The notes: generated from the sequence alone by a model not told the origin. Positions 36,033-46,108 are shown, counted from the stretch's first letter. The stretch: 64,000 bases of DNA from an uncultured Candidatus Bathyarchaeia archaeon (GCA_964529745.1 CAZGZR010000005.1:79-64078); one strand, 5' to 3'. Numbers and translations are program-made.

Positions 36033-37025
36033 ATGGCCAAGGTCTCGGACGTAGGGGAGAGGAGGCTCATTGAGCGGATGATGCTTCACCTGACTCGGAT
36101 GCCGGGGATGCCCATACCTTTCTGGGACGACGCGAGCGCCCTCAGCCTCGGCGACGGCCGGGCGATGGTGATAAACACGGACATGCTGGTCTGGGAGACC
36201 GATATCCCGCGGGGGATGACGCCCTATCAGGCTGCGCGCAAGTCCGTGGTCATGGGGGTAAGCGATCTCGCCGCGAAGGGTGTTCAGCCCATCGCGTTCA
36301 TGCCCAGCATAGGGCTCCCCATTAGCTACCCCGTCGCCGACGTCGAGGAGATGGCGAGGGGGTTTGAGGCCGGCGCCCGTGAGTACGGGGCATACGTGGT
36401 GGGCGGCGACACCAACGAGGCGTGTGACGTGGTTATCGCGGGGGCCGCGCTGGGCATAGCCCTGGAGTCCAGCGTGATGATGAGGGACAACGGGGCACGT
36501 CCCGGCGACCTCCTCGCCACCACTGGGGTCTTCGGAGCCACCTCAGCTGGCTTCAAGCATCTCCTGGAGGGGCTTGAGATGCCCGTTGGCTCCGCGAAAC
36601 CCATACTTGACAGCGTCTACATGCCTCGGGCCAGGGTCAGAGAGGGGGTGGCGTTGGCAGCGACGGGGGCCGTGACTGGTTGCATGGACTCAAGCGACGG
36701 CCTAGCGGTGAGCCTCTACGACCTGGCCAAAAGCACGGGCTTGGGTTACAGGGTCACGGAGGTGCCCGTGGACCCGGTTGCGGCGAGGTTCGCTAGGCTG
36801 AACGGCCTCGACGCAGCCGATTTGGCTCTCTACGGCGGGGAGGAGTACGAGCTCGTCTTCACCTTTAGGCCGGAGGATGAGGGTGAAATAAGGAGAGCGT
36901 TGGGCGGTGTCGGCTGCAGTCTCCACGTCATCGGCGAGGTCACGGAGGCTCGGGACATCTCACTGGTTGTAAACGGGGTGGAGAAGCCCATCAGGCACGG
37001 CGGCTGGGAACACTTCACCAGCTAG
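36033..37025 (+). CDS. thiL: Thiamine-monophosphate kinase (AIR-synthase-related fold)
   Basis: 330 aa. GERRLIERM..., DDASAL...VINTDMLV and GGDTNE motifs typical of ThiL. Confidence 0.75.
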   Translation: MAKVSDVGERRLIERMMLHLTRMPGMPIPFWDDASALSLGDGRAMVINTDMLVWETDIPRGMTPYQAARKSVVMGVSDLAAKGVQPIAFMPSIGLPISYPVADVEEMARGFEAGAREYGAYVVGGDTNEACDVVIAGAALGIALESSVMMRDNGARPGDLLATTGVFGATSAGFKHLLEGLEMPVGSAKPILDSVYMPRARVREGVALAATGAVTGCMDSSDGLAVSLYDLAKSTGLGYRVTEVPVDPVAARFARLNGLDAADLALYGGEEYELVFTFRPEDEGEIRRALGGVGCSLHVIGEVTEARDISLVVNGVEKPIRHGGWEHFTS

Positions 37026-37065
37026 CGGTCAAAACTTTATCTAACCTATAGACACCAGTAACCCC

Positions 37066-37956
37066 ATGGAGACAGACGGCCTCGTATCGAAGCCCCTCGC
37101 CCTCGTCGTCATCGGCCTCATCCTGGGGGCAAGCCTGGGGCTGGGGTCAGGCTACGCCGTTTTCTACCCCGAGATGGTTGAGCAGAGCAACAGGAACATC
37201 GAGGACAGGATAACGGACCTGGAGGCCAGCATAGACGAAGTTATTGTCCGGGTAGAGGACATGAACGGGAGCCTGGGTCCGATACATGATAGCCTCCAGT
37301 CCATGGTCACGCTGAGCCAAGCCATCAACAGCCTCAACACCCGCATCGGGCAGGCTGAGCAGGACGTGATCGAGATTTATGATAACATCACCAGCACGAG
37401 GAACAAACTGGAGGAAAGCATAGACGAGTTGCTTGACGGCGTCGAGGAACTGAATCAGAGGTACGACGATCTCCACGGAGAATGGGAGGACACCTTCGAG
37501 GAGCTGGGCGAGGTATCGTCCACCATTGGCTCGTTGAACGAAAGGCTGCAGGAACTCGACGAGAGGCTGGACAAGGAGGCGGCCCTGGAGATGTTTAAGA
37601 GACACCTAGCGAACCCGGACCCAGATGCCGTCACCGCCATGACGGACGAGCTTTTCGAGGAGCTTCTCAGCGACCCCGAGTTCAACGACTGGGTCACCGA
37701 TTTAGGTGAGGTCCCCGCGAAGAGCCTGCTGAAACAAGAGATCGTCAGGATGACGGGTGGGTTGGTCTGGTACAAGGTGTCCACGCAGAGCCTTGGGGCC
37801 ATAGAGTATCTGGTGAAGGTGGAGACGTTCTTCGAGTTCGAGTTCGGCCCGGCCTCTGTGTCCATACCCCGGATGAGGATGCAGGTGAGGGGCACCGTGA
37901 ACATCGCCGTCGGCGAGTTCAGCCAGGTGCAGGTTGACGCCATGGAGATACTCTAG
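37066..37956 (+). CDS. Membrane-anchored coiled-coil hypothetical protein
   Basis: 296 aa. One N-terminal transmembrane segment (LALVVIGLILGASLGLG), then long heptad-like acidic helices. No family recognised. Confidence 0.5.
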   Translation: METDGLVSKPLALVVIGLILGASLGLGSGYAVFYPEMVEQSNRNIEDRITDLEASIDEVIVRVEDMNGSLGPIHDSLQSMVTLSQAINSLNTRIGQAEQDVIEIYDNITSTRNKLEESIDELLDGVEELNQRYDDLHGEWEDTFEELGEVSSTIGSLNERLQELDERLDKEAALEMFKRHLANPDPDAVTAMTDELFEELLSDPEFNDWVTDLGEVPAKSLLKQEIVRMTGGLVWYKVSTQSLGAIEYLVKVETFFEFEFGPASVSIPRMRMQVRGTVNIAVGEFSQVQVDAMEIL

Positions 37957-37960
37957 AATT

Positions 37961-38037
37961 TGGCGCCGCCATTCGGATTTGAACCGAAGACCAACTGCTT
38001 AACAGGCAGACGCTCTACCGAGCTGAGCTATGGCGGC
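37961..38037 (-). tRNA. tRNA-Asn (anticodon GUU), CCA encoded
   Basis: Manual fold: acceptor GCCGCCA/UGGCGGC, anticodon loop CUGUUAA, T-arm UUCGG-UUCAAAU-CCGAA, 3' GCCA. 77 nt. Confidence 0.9.
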
Positions 38038-38161
38038 CCGCGACTCTCCAAATATGGGCTGACAGATATTAATCTTTGTTGCATGGGCTTCACTGGACGG
38101 ATGGCTGCATCACTGCGTTGTATCCTCCAAGTTTTTAACCGGATAAAATGAGGTATTTGCC

Positions 38162-38929
38162 ATGAGCCGAGGGTACACCGAGAGATCGAGCAAGGAGTTC
38201 AACAAGATAGCGAAAGAGTACGATAAGGGGCGGAGCAGCGAGAACGTGGAGTTCTGGGCCGCCGAGACGAGGCGGCTCGCCGGGCTAACTGAACACTCGA
38301 TCATAATGGACCTCGGCTGCGGCACCGGCCTGTACACGGTGGGCCTCATGGAGGAGACGGGGGCGACGACTTGCGGCCTCGACCCCGTGCCTGGGATGGT
38401 GGGGCAGGCACGATACAAATCGCATAATGTGCACTGGTTCAACGCCGTGGGCGAGTGGATGCCCCTGCGCCCCGGGGTGCTCGACTGCGTCTTCAGCAGC
38501 CAGGTCTGGCACCACATCGAGGACAAGCAGGGCACCGCCGACGAGTGCGGCCGGGTGCTTAAGATGGGCGGTCGCGTGGTTATCCGCACCATCAGCCACG
38601 AGCAGCTCCACGAGAAGGTGGTCTTCAAGTACTTCCCGGAGATCAAGGCGAACCAGCTGAGGGTATACCCGAGCAACGACGAGTTCAGGCGCTACTTCGG
38701 CGAAGCCGGGTTCAGGGAGACGGTGTTCCACGCCTACAGCCTCGAACGGTACCAGCCTGTGGAGGAGTTCGTGGAGATAGCCGAGAAGAGGCTGTGGAGC
38801 ATGTTCAGGCCCATCTCGGAGGAGGGGCTCGGGAGGGGCGTCGAGGCGCTGAGGAGGTACCGTGAGGAGTCCGGCGGCTTGCCCTTGCGGAACGACGAGC
38901 TCATCACGTTGGTGGTGGCCTCTAAATAG
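38162..38929 (+). CDS. Class I SAM-dependent methyltransferase
   Basis: 255 aa. Motif I IIMDLGCGTGLYT and later VFSSQVWHHI. Confidence 0.8.
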   Translation: MSRGYTERSSKEFNKIAKEYDKGRSSENVEFWAAETRRLAGLTEHSIIMDLGCGTGLYTVGLMEETGATTCGLDPVPGMVGQARYKSHNVHWFNAVGEWMPLRPGVLDCVFSSQVWHHIEDKQGTADECGRVLKMGGRVVIRTISHEQLHEKVVFKYFPEIKANQLRVYPSNDEFRRYFGEAGFRETVFHAYSLERYQPVEEFVEIAEKRLWSMFRPISEEGLGRGVEALRRYREESGGLPLRNDELITLVVASK

Positions 38930-38950
38930 GTTTTAATGGACTACAAATAC

Positions 38951-38999
38951 TACTTTGTACTACAAAGTACTTAAATAATGCAAAGTAATTTACATTGCA
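38951..38999. promoter_or_regulatory. Two palindromes upstream of the membrane-protein/wHTH gene pair
   Basis: TACTTTGTA-C-TACAAAGTA at 38951-38969 (perfect 9-bp arms) and TGCAAAGTAA-T-TTACATTGCA at 38979-38999 (10-bp arms, 1 mismatch). Both share a CAAAGTA core and lie within 55 bp of the 39003 start. Confidence 0.35.
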
Positions 39000-39002
39000 C
39001 AG

Positions 39003-39653
39003 TTGATTTGGATGGGCGAGAAGATCGACGTCAGGAAGATCCAGCAGAAGATATTCCGTGACAGCATGAGAGACGGCGTCACGGAGATGATCACCGGAGT
39101 GCTGCTCCTGTGCGCGTCGCTCATGTTCGTTAACTCAGGGTTCACGGTGCTCTACCTGTTATTCGTGATGTACCTGAACAAGGGCATGCAGCGCATCAGG
39201 GAAAAGTACATCCACCCAAGGACGGGGTACGTCGAGCTCAAGAGAGAGGAACCCGCGAAGACTGTGGGAGGCATCTTCTTCTACTTCTTCGCCGTGGGGC
39301 TCCTGATGTACGCCGCCCTCTACCTAGCCGAGGGGGCGCTGCCCAGCTCAGACGCTTTGTACAGGTGGACGCCCACATTCATAGGGCTCATGTTCCTTGG
39401 AGCCATGCTATACCTCAGAGACAAGACGGGAAACACAGCCGTACTCACGTGGGCCGCATACGCGATAGCTCTCGGCCTCGTTTTCTCCATCTACGAGTTC
39501 ACCTCCCCCAAGGGCGGGGTTACCCTTTACACTATGACGATGGGCATGAGCTTCCTGCTAGTCGGGTTCATCAAGTTCCGCAGATTCCTTTCTACAAACC
39601 CCGTAATACAGGAGACGAATGAATCGAATCAGCACGAAGCGAGGGAGACATAA
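39003..39653 (+). CDS. Polytopic membrane protein, unknown function
   Basis: 216 aa (TTG start; ATG at 39012 is an alternative). About 5-6 hydrophobic helices. No family recognised. Confidence 0.55.
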   Translation: MIWMGEKIDVRKIQQKIFRDSMRDGVTEMITGVLLLCASLMFVNSGFTVLYLLFVMYLNKGMQRIREKYIHPRTGYVELKREEPAKTVGGIFFYFFAVGLLMYAALYLAEGALPSSDALYRWTPTFIGLMFLGAMLYLRDKTGNTAVLTWAAYAIALGLVFSIYEFTSPKGGVTLYTMTMGMSFLLVGFIKFRRFLSTNPVIQETNESNQHEARET

Positions 39654-39727
39654 CGAGCGACCCAGAGACCCCCGGCTTCCCAGAAGCCAAAGCCTTCGAC
39701 AAGACGATACACGAGCCAGCCAGGCTG

Positions 39728-39970
39728 TTGATGATGGCCCACCTGTACGTCGTGGAGAGCGCCGACTTCCTCTTCCTCATGAAGCAGACGGGGCTCACCT
39801 TCGGGAACCTCAGCAGCCACATGACCCGGCTCGAGGAAGCCGGCTACATAAGAGTGGACAAGGAGTTCATAGACAAGAAGCCCAACACCAGGCTGAGCCT
39901 CACCGAGACAGGGAGAAGAGCCTTCGAGGATTACAGGGAGAACATGAAGCAGCTCTTCGAGGAGCTATAG
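39728..39970 (+). CDS. Winged-helix transcriptional regulator (N-terminus apparently disrupted)
   Basis: 80 aa from TTG 39728. LTFGNLSSHMTRLEEAGYIRVDKEF...RLSLTETGRRAFEDY is a typical wHTH. The conserved-looking FDKTIHEPARL lies in frame upstream (39695-39727) with no canonical start before it. Confidence 0.65.
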   Translation: MMMAHLYVVESADFLFLMKQTGLTFGNLSSHMTRLEEAGYIRVDKEFIDKKPNTRLSLTETGRRAFEDYRENMKQLFEEL

Positions 39971-40150
39971 AGTCTTCATTTTGTATCGAAGGTGTATAAC
40001 GCTCAAAAGGCTGAGGTTACGGAGCTATCACGATCTCTTATGATAGACGGATGCCGAAGAGTCTTCACGGCGTCCGCTTCCCCCACATTGGCCGGCCAAG
40101 GGGCAGGCTTAATCCGCATTTTTCTTAAACTCCCCAGTCATTCTTGACCT

Positions 40151-41068
40151 GTGAGCCAGCTATATGACCCCGAGAGGCTCCTGCTGAGCATAGCGGAGGA
40201 CAGGCTGCACGGCGCCGAGTGGCTGAGCAACGCCGCATTGGGCGCCATGATAGCCTTCGCGTTGAATGCCGGCGCTGACACCGCAGACGAGCTCAGGGAG
40301 GCGATGAGGGGCTACGCGAGGAGGATAGCCGAGTCCAGGCCCAGCATGACGCCCATAACCAACAAGCTCGGCATCTTCTACAGCAGGCTGCCTGAGGAGA
40401 CGACGCTCAGCGAGCTAAGGGCCGAGGCCGCCAAGGAGGCTTCTATGATGATCAAGGAGTCGAGGAAGAACAAAGGCAAGTTGGTTGAGAACGCCAGGAA
40501 CGTGCTGGGAAAGCCCGGCACCGTGTTCACCGTCAGCGACAGCAGCACCGTCGAGGATGTAGTCCTCGGGCTGGGCGTAAAGAACGTCGTGGTGACAGAG
40601 TCTAGGCCCCAGATGGAGGGCAGGAACCTCGCGGAGAGGCTGGCCGGGGTGGGGGTCAAGGTCCTGTTGGTCGTAGACGCGGCGGCAGCCATGTTCATGG
40701 AGTCTGCTGGCGTCGCCGTCGTGGGCGCCGACAGCGTGATGTACGACGGCAGCTTCGTCAACAAGGTGGGCACCCGGACGGCTGCGCTGGCGGCGAGGGA
40801 TCGAGACGTGCCGTTCTACGTGGTATGCTCTACCTCCAAGTTCAACGTCATGAACTACCTGGGCCGCGGCGTCGAGCTCGAGGAGAAGGACCCCGCCGAG
40901 GTGGCGGAGATCAAAGGCGTCCGAGTGAGGAACCCGTACTTCGAGGTGACCCCCGGCAGGCTCGTGACGGGGATAATCACGGAGATGGGGGTCATGGAGC
41001 CGCTGGACATCCGCCGGAGGATGGAGGAGATGCGGAAACAGGTCGAGCCCCTCTACAGGACGCCATAG
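40151..41068 (+). CDS. eIF-2B alpha/beta/delta-family protein (ribose-1,5-bisphosphate isomerase / aIF-2B-like)
   Basis: 305 aa with GTG start. Family-typical C-terminal half (VVVTESRPQMEGR ... VGADSVMYDGSFVNKVGT ... PFYVVCSTSKF). Confidence 0.8.
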   Translation: MSQLYDPERLLLSIAEDRLHGAEWLSNAALGAMIAFALNAGADTADELREAMRGYARRIAESRPSMTPITNKLGIFYSRLPEETTLSELRAEAAKEASMMIKESRKNKGKLVENARNVLGKPGTVFTVSDSSTVEDVVLGLGVKNVVVTESRPQMEGRNLAERLAGVGVKVLLVVDAAAAMFMESAGVAVVGADSVMYDGSFVNKVGTRTAALAARDRDVPFYVVCSTSKFNVMNYLGRGVELEEKDPAEVAEIKGVRVRNPYFEVTPGRLVTGIITEMGVMEPLDIRRRMEEMRKQVEPLYRTP

Positions 41069-41118
41069 AGAGCTAATAACAGACACAGTACATCGGCTAA
41101 TACGCATGGAATCGTACA

Positions 41119-41586
41119 CTAGATGTGTACCACGTACCTGCAGACGTCGTCTCCGAAGCCTATCGCCTTCTCGAGGTCTGCGTGGACCCTCCTCTTCAGG
41201 AGTATCCCGAAGACGGTCTCCACCCAGCCCAGGGAGCAGTAGCAGAAGACCCTCGTCTGCTTCACCACCCCGTTCTTCACGAGGGGGCAGCCGCACTCCT
41301 CGCAGATGCACGTGACGCTGTCGCCGTCGAGCATCCACTCGCCGCACCACGAGATCTCCTCGTTAGCCCTCTCGATGACCCTCTCCAGGTCTTGTTCCTG
41401 CTCAGAGATCCTTCCCGCTATGGCGACGGCGGGGCCCCAAGCCTCATCCTCGGCGCAGGCCCTGCCGCACCTCTTCATCATCTCCGTCCTGGACTCCTCG
41501 TCCACTGTATCCAGACCTTCCATGACTGCGTCTAGGACTTCCCCCGCGAGTCTCAGCAGCGTCTCTCTTCTCTCCTCGGCATCCAT
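41119..41586 (-). CDS. Cysteine-rich hypothetical protein
   Basis: 155 aa. Cys clusters CGRACAE, CICEECGCP and FCYCSLGW. No family call. Confidence 0.45.
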   Translation of the reverse strand: MDAEERRETLLRLAGEVLDAVMEGLDTVDEESRTEMMKRCGRACAEDEAWGPAVAIAGRISEQEQDLERVIERANEEISWCGEWMLDGDSVTCICEECGCPLVKNGVVKQTRVFCYCSLGWVETVFGILLKRRVHADLEKAIGFGDDVCRYVVHI

Positions 41587-41651
41587 GGGTCAGACCAGCC
41601 TCGACATGGTTCAATTACTCATGGGTATACAAAAGGATGTGAGGTGGATGC

Positions 41652-43115
41652 TCACTGGCCCGTGTTGACGAAGCTGAACGATGCGTCAGCCCACTTTCTC
41701 TCCAAGCCCCGCAGCATGGGCACGGATACAAGCAGAAGTATGACGGACACAGCTACCACGGCGTAGGTCGCCGCCGGCCGCATCGGCATTATGAGGGCGG
41801 CTATCTCCGCCACGATCATGGGGGGGACCACCGCGGCGCAGAACCTGAGGATTATCCCGGCGTCGAAGAACATGGTGTTGGTCCAGAGCCCCGTGAGGTA
41901 GCTTGTGACGCCGACAACGTAGACGCTTGTCGCCGCCGCGAGGAGCAGCCCCAGGGGCACCATCTCCAATTGATGCTTCATGACACCCAGCCCCACCACG
42001 TAGAGCGCCGTGACGCCGGCCGTGAGCGCGAAGTAGACGGCGAGCTTGCCCTTGACCACCTGGTCCACGGAGACTGGCTGGACGTTGAGGTACTCGTTGT
42101 GCTCCAGGTTGGTGATGAAGCTGTAGGTCATGACACCCATGAAGCCCACGAAGCCGCTGTAGAAAACCACGTTGAACCCCAGGTCCACGCCCACGCCCAT
42201 CTCGAACACCCAGCTCATGAGGTAAACCGCGAGGAGGTGGCCGCTGAAGCTGAAGATCACGGGGCCGAGGGCTCCGCTGCGCCGGACCTCTATCCACTCC
42301 TTGGCCGCCAGGGTGCTGAGCCCGCCCATGAAGCCGAGGAGCCGATCGACTTTGAGGAGGCTGTCACCGTAGCGTGACCGCCTGACCTCGTACTTTTCCT
42401 TCATCAGAGCCACGCCCAGTGACGCGAATATGAGCGATGCAGCCGCCGAGACCCCCATGCCCTGTGGGTCCTTGGAGGCCCAGTAGCCGAGGGAGGGCAT
42501 CAGGCACTCCGGCCCAATCATGCCCAGGGGATAGATCATGGCGACGACGCATGCTAGCGCTGCGTACAGGGCGACGCCGGCCATCCTAGACCTCACCGAG
42601 ACAGCCGACAGGGTGAAGCTGACGCCCATCCCCACCATGAAAGCGAGGAAGGTCGTAAGCCCCAGCATGGCTACACCCGAGAAGCTTACACCAGCAATGG
42701 GCGCCGCGACGGCGATCCCCAGCGTCAAAGGGATATAACTGTAGAGGAGGTAGAAGACGGCGTCCTTGACGTAGAACACCGCCATCATCCGCCTGAAGCT
42801 CACCGGATAGGTCTGGGGCATCTGCATGATCATGATCACCTGACCGAGGCGCCTGGTCATGACGTGCTCCCCTATGCTCCCGAAGTTGCCCACGAAGAGG
42901 CCGTAGGCGACGCTCGCCGCGTGGAGCATCAGCAGTATGGTCTCCGTGGGCATCCTGCTTAGGAGCAGGGGCGTGACCACGGCCAGGAACGCCGTGAACA
43001 CGAATATCATGGCTGGGAACAGCCCTGAGCCCAGGGGCCCCACCAGGCTCTGGTGTAGCCTCCATTCCTCCTTCATCATGGCCTTGAAGAGGCGGAGGCT
43101 AAGCGACTGCCCCAC
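41652..43115 (-). CDS. ABC-transporter permease-like polytopic membrane protein
   Basis: 487 aa with about 12 hydrophobic helices. Overlaps the upstream ABC ATPase gene by 17 nt. Confidence 0.65.
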   Translation of the reverse strand: MGQSLSLRLFKAMMKEEWRLHQSLVGPLGSGLFPAMIFVFTAFLAVVTPLLLSRMPTETILLMLHAASVAYGLFVGNFGSIGEHVMTRRLGQVIMIMQMPQTYPVSFRRMMAVFYVKDAVFYLLYSYIPLTLGIAVAAPIAGVSFSGVAMLGLTTFLAFMVGMGVSFTLSAVSVRSRMAGVALYAALACVVAMIYPLGMIGPECLMPSLGYWASKDPQGMGVSAAASLIFASLGVALMKEKYEVRRSRYGDSLLKVDRLLGFMGGLSTLAAKEWIEVRRSGALGPVIFSFSGHLLAVYLMSWVFEMGVGVDLGFNVVFYSGFVGFMGVMTYSFITNLEHNEYLNVQPVSVDQVVKGKLAVYFALTAGVTALYVVGLGVMKHQLEMVPLGLLLAAATSVYVVGVTSYLTGLWTNTMFFDAGIILRFCAAVVPPMIVAEIAALIMPMRPAATYAVVAVSVILLLVSVPMLRGLERKWADASFSFVNTGQ

Positions 43116-43824
43116 CCTCCACCGCCCTCAGGAAGACCTCCTCTAGGCCGCCCCCCCGGCTAATCTCGGCGAGCCTCCCCTGCTCCACCAAGCGGCCCCG
43201 GTGGATGACGGCGACAGTGTCACACAGCCTCTCGGCTATCTCCAGTATGTGGGTGCACATGAAGACGGTGCGCCCCTCCGAGGCCACCCCCTGGAGGTAC
43301 TCCCGCAGGCGCCGCTGGTAGATGGGGTCCAGGTTGATGAACGGCTCGTCGAGCAGCAGCAGCTCAGGCTCGTGTATGAACGCCGCGGCCAGCATCACCT
43401 TCTGCCGCTCACCCTTGGACAGGTCCCTGCACAGAATGTCAACCTTGTCTTCGAGATCGAAGAAACGTATCCAGTTCTCGATGCGGCGCTGTATGTCGTC
43501 TAGGCCCCTGATCCTGCACGTCAGTTCAAGGGTTTCCTGGGCGGTGAGGAAGGTGGGCGGGGTCTCGGCCTCGGGGACGATGCCCACACGCTGCTTGAGC
43601 CTGATGGGGTCGGTGTTGGGCACGCCCGCGGTGACGACCGTTCCCTTGTCCTGCATCAGCTGACCCGTGAGCACCCGTAGCAGGGTCGTCTTCCCCGCGC
43701 CGTTGGGGCCGAACAGCCCGAAGAACTCGCCCTCGTCCACGGTCAACGAGACTCCCTGCAGCACCGCCGTGGCTCCGAAGCTCTTGGATATGTCGCTGAC
43801 CTCTATCACTGGCAAGGCGTTCAC
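43099..43824 (-). CDS. ABC transporter ATP-binding protein
   Basis: 241 aa. Walker A GPNGAGKTT, signature LSKGERQKV, Walker B LLLLDEP, H-loop CTHIL. Confidence 0.9.
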   Translation of the reverse strand: MNALPVIEVSDISKSFGATAVLQGVSLTVDEGEFFGLFGPNGAGKTTLLRVLTGQLMQDKGTVVTAGVPNTDPIRLKQRVGIVPEAETPPTFLTAQETLELTCRIRGLDDIQRRIENWIRFFDLEDKVDILCRDLSKGERQKVMLAAAFIHEPELLLLDEPFINLDPIYQRRLREYLQGVASEGRTVFMCTHILEIAERLCDTVAVIHRGRLVEQGRLAEISRGGGLEEVFLRAVEGGAVA

Positions 43825-43951
43825 CGTTGGTATTCGGGTTTCAGGCTGCCGCTGCGTCTAAAATGATTATGAAATGCTAACATGAGAGCTGTGTTCCACA
43901 TGTACGCTGGTTGATGGCTGGAGTCTAAACCTGTGCTCCATCAAAGATAAA

Positions 43952-44179
43952 TTGCTGGAGGCTGAACCAGTGAGTCAGCGCTGGCACCCAGCTACTGGAG
44001 GGTCTGGAGTAGACGAGTTCACCGCCGACGGCGTCTTCGCTTTCGTGTGTCTACTTGCATCCATACTCTACTCCGCCGTTGGGGACGGCAAGCAGGCCCT
44101 CTTCTTCCTCGGCTGCGCCTTCGTGTTCGTAACCAAGGACATAGCCACCAACAGCAGGGTGCATGCCTCACCGCAGTGA
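43952..44179 (+). CDS. Possible small two-helix membrane protein
   Basis: 75-aa ORF with TTG start and two hydrophobic stretches. No homology recognised, so it may not be a real gene. Confidence 0.25.
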   Translation: MLEAEPVSQRWHPATGGSGVDEFTADGVFAFVCLLASILYSAVGDGKQALFFLGCAFVFVTKDIATNSRVHASPQ

Positions 44180-44221
44180 CTTGATAAAAAAGGGAGGAAA
44201 GTCCCTTGGCCGATGCTTTCC

Positions 44222-45277
44222 CTAGGATTCGAGGGGGTTCGGGGAACCGATGAACTCCTTGACGGGGTTCGCGCCCGGAGGATCTAGTTGCTTGGCGAGG
44301 AACTCGTATATCTCTCCTCGCACGCCCTTCGAGAACTTGGTGTCGAGCCTGCTGAAGCCGTGGGCGCCCGGCGTCGGCGGATATACCTTGTACTCGAAGT
44401 CCCAGTTCTTCGCTTTGAGCGATTTTATCAGATGCTCCACCTCCAGGCAGTTCACGTCTTGGTCGTTCTCCGTCGTGTGAACCAGCAGCGGCGGGTAGAC
44501 CTTCGGATCGTACTCGGGCACCGCCCAGGCGGGTGACCTCCGCTTGTACTCAGCGTAATTATCGTTGCCGCTCTTCCCAATGTGGTACTTCGCCTCGAAC
44601 AGGTTCCTGTAGTCCTGCGACTTGTAGCCCATGCGGGCTACGACGTCGCTCACAGGGACCGAGGCGTGGGCGACTTGGTAGGCTTCGGGGTGGTTGAATA
44701 CGTTGAACAGCGTGTGCATTCCGCCGTGGCTCCAGCCCATGACTCCCACCCTCTCCGGGTCAACGTACTCGCAGTTCTCCACCATGTAGTTTCGGGCCTC
44801 GTAGGTGTCCTCCGACTCCAGGCCGCCGTAGTCAATGAGCTCGTAGAACTGTTGGCCGTAGCCCGTGCTGCCTCTGTACTCGGGGGCGACTATGATGTAC
44901 TCCTGTGCGATGAGCTCCCTGACGACGTTGGAGGCCATCGAGTTGAAGTTGGAGTGGACCCCTCCGTGGGGTAGCGTGATCAGCGGGTACTTCTCGCCGC
45001 TCTTCACCGTCCTCGGAATGAACGTATAGGCTACGAAGGTGACCCTGTTACCGGCTCCTTGGGCCGTCGGGTTGGGCTGGTACTGTGACGGCGGCCCCGT
45101 GAGCTTCACCTTGTCTATGTAAGAAACGTCTCCCACCCTGTGGTACCAGAGCAAGTCATCCACCATCATCTGGGTGGCCGCGTGAGCATGGGCCAGAGGC
45201 GCGTACTCCGCGCCGTTGACGACTAGTTTCCTCAATACCTTCTCGGCTATCTTCTCAATATCCTCTTCAGTTAACAT
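44222..45277 (-). CDS. Prolyl-oligopeptidase-family (S9) serine hydrolase domain protein
   Basis: 351 aa. Nucleophile elbow GVMGWSHGG and alpha/beta-hydrolase layout with later Asp and His contexts (TTENDQDV, GAHGF). Confidence 0.75.
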   Translation of the reverse strand: MLTEEDIEKIAEKVLRKLVVNGAEYAPLAHAHAATQMMVDDLLWYHRVGDVSYIDKVKLTGPPSQYQPNPTAQGAGNRVTFVAYTFIPRTVKSGEKYPLITLPHGGVHSNFNSMASNVVRELIAQEYIIVAPEYRGSTGYGQQFYELIDYGGLESEDTYEARNYMVENCEYVDPERVGVMGWSHGGMHTLFNVFNHPEAYQVAHASVPVSDVVARMGYKSQDYRNLFEAKYHIGKSGNDNYAEYKRRSPAWAVPEYDPKVYPPLLVHTTENDQDVNCLEVEHLIKSLKAKNWDFEYKVYPPTPGAHGFSRLDTKFSKGVRGEIYEFLAKQLDPPGANPVKEFIGSPNPLES

Positions 45278-45472
45278 AGAGTTTCTTCAAACGTTTGCAT
45301 TCCCAAATCGACATGCTGCTAGATACACGCCATGGGCCATCCCCCCGTCGTGGGGTTGAGTGCGTTCCAACGCTCCGCCGATGCGGAGACCAATCTGGCG
45401 ATCCCTCGGCACGAGTTGAGCATTTTTTATTCATTGGTAAAATGCACACCAACGTGATAAAAAAGTGGGAGT

Positions 45473-46108
45473 TTACATCGGGATGATCTTCAGTACCTGT
45501 AGGAGATACTCGATCCTGCCCGATAGCATTGACATTCTGAATAGGACGGTGTTGCCGAACATTACGCCTAGGCCGATCATGACGATCAGTCGGCCTATTC
45601 TGGCCGTTGGGGCCAGTATCCCCTTGTGTTCCCTCGTGAACAGGAAGTAGGATAGCGCGCATATTGTACCTATGCCGACGTAGAGGAAGTTGAACCAATC
45701 CATCATGCTTGAGCCGTCAGGCGCAGCAATAGTCGAGGCAACCTGGTTGACTATGTTGGGTATCAATGTACCGCTGGTCACGACACCTATCATCACGCCC
45801 ACGAGCATGGCGATGGAGTACCTTGAGATCCATCGATACTCGTCGGCGAAGACCGTGTACATTCCCAGTCCAAGAAGTATGGGTATGATGAAAACGACCT
45901 CTCCCCCCAGTAACGGCGTGATCGCGATCCTGTTCGTGTTCTGAACCGCGACGACGGCTGTAATAGCAAAGGCGATGCCAAGGTAGATGTGTTCAGCCAG
46001 CCTGTATAATGGGTTCTCCTTGTAGAGCATGTAGCTGTAGATGGCTACGGTGAGGATCGCCCCCACCCAGATGCCGATTAGACCCCATATTTCTGTTGGA
46101 TACGCCAT
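45473..46108 (-). CDS. Polytopic membrane protein, unknown family (gene 4 of a 4-gene operon)
   Basis: 211 aa with about 6 hydrophobic helices. Its start abuts the stop of the upstream gene (46109). Confidence 0.6.
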   Translation of the reverse strand: MAYPTEIWGLIGIWVGAILTVAIYSYMLYKENPLYRLAEHIYLGIAFAITAVVAVQNTNRIAITPLLGGEVVFIIPILLGLGMYTVFADEYRWISRYSIAMLVGVMIGVVTSGTLIPNIVNQVASTIAAPDGSSMMDWFNFLYVGIGTICALSYFLFTREHKGILAPTARIGRLIVMIGLGVMFGNTVLFRMSMLSGRIEYLLQVLKIIPM

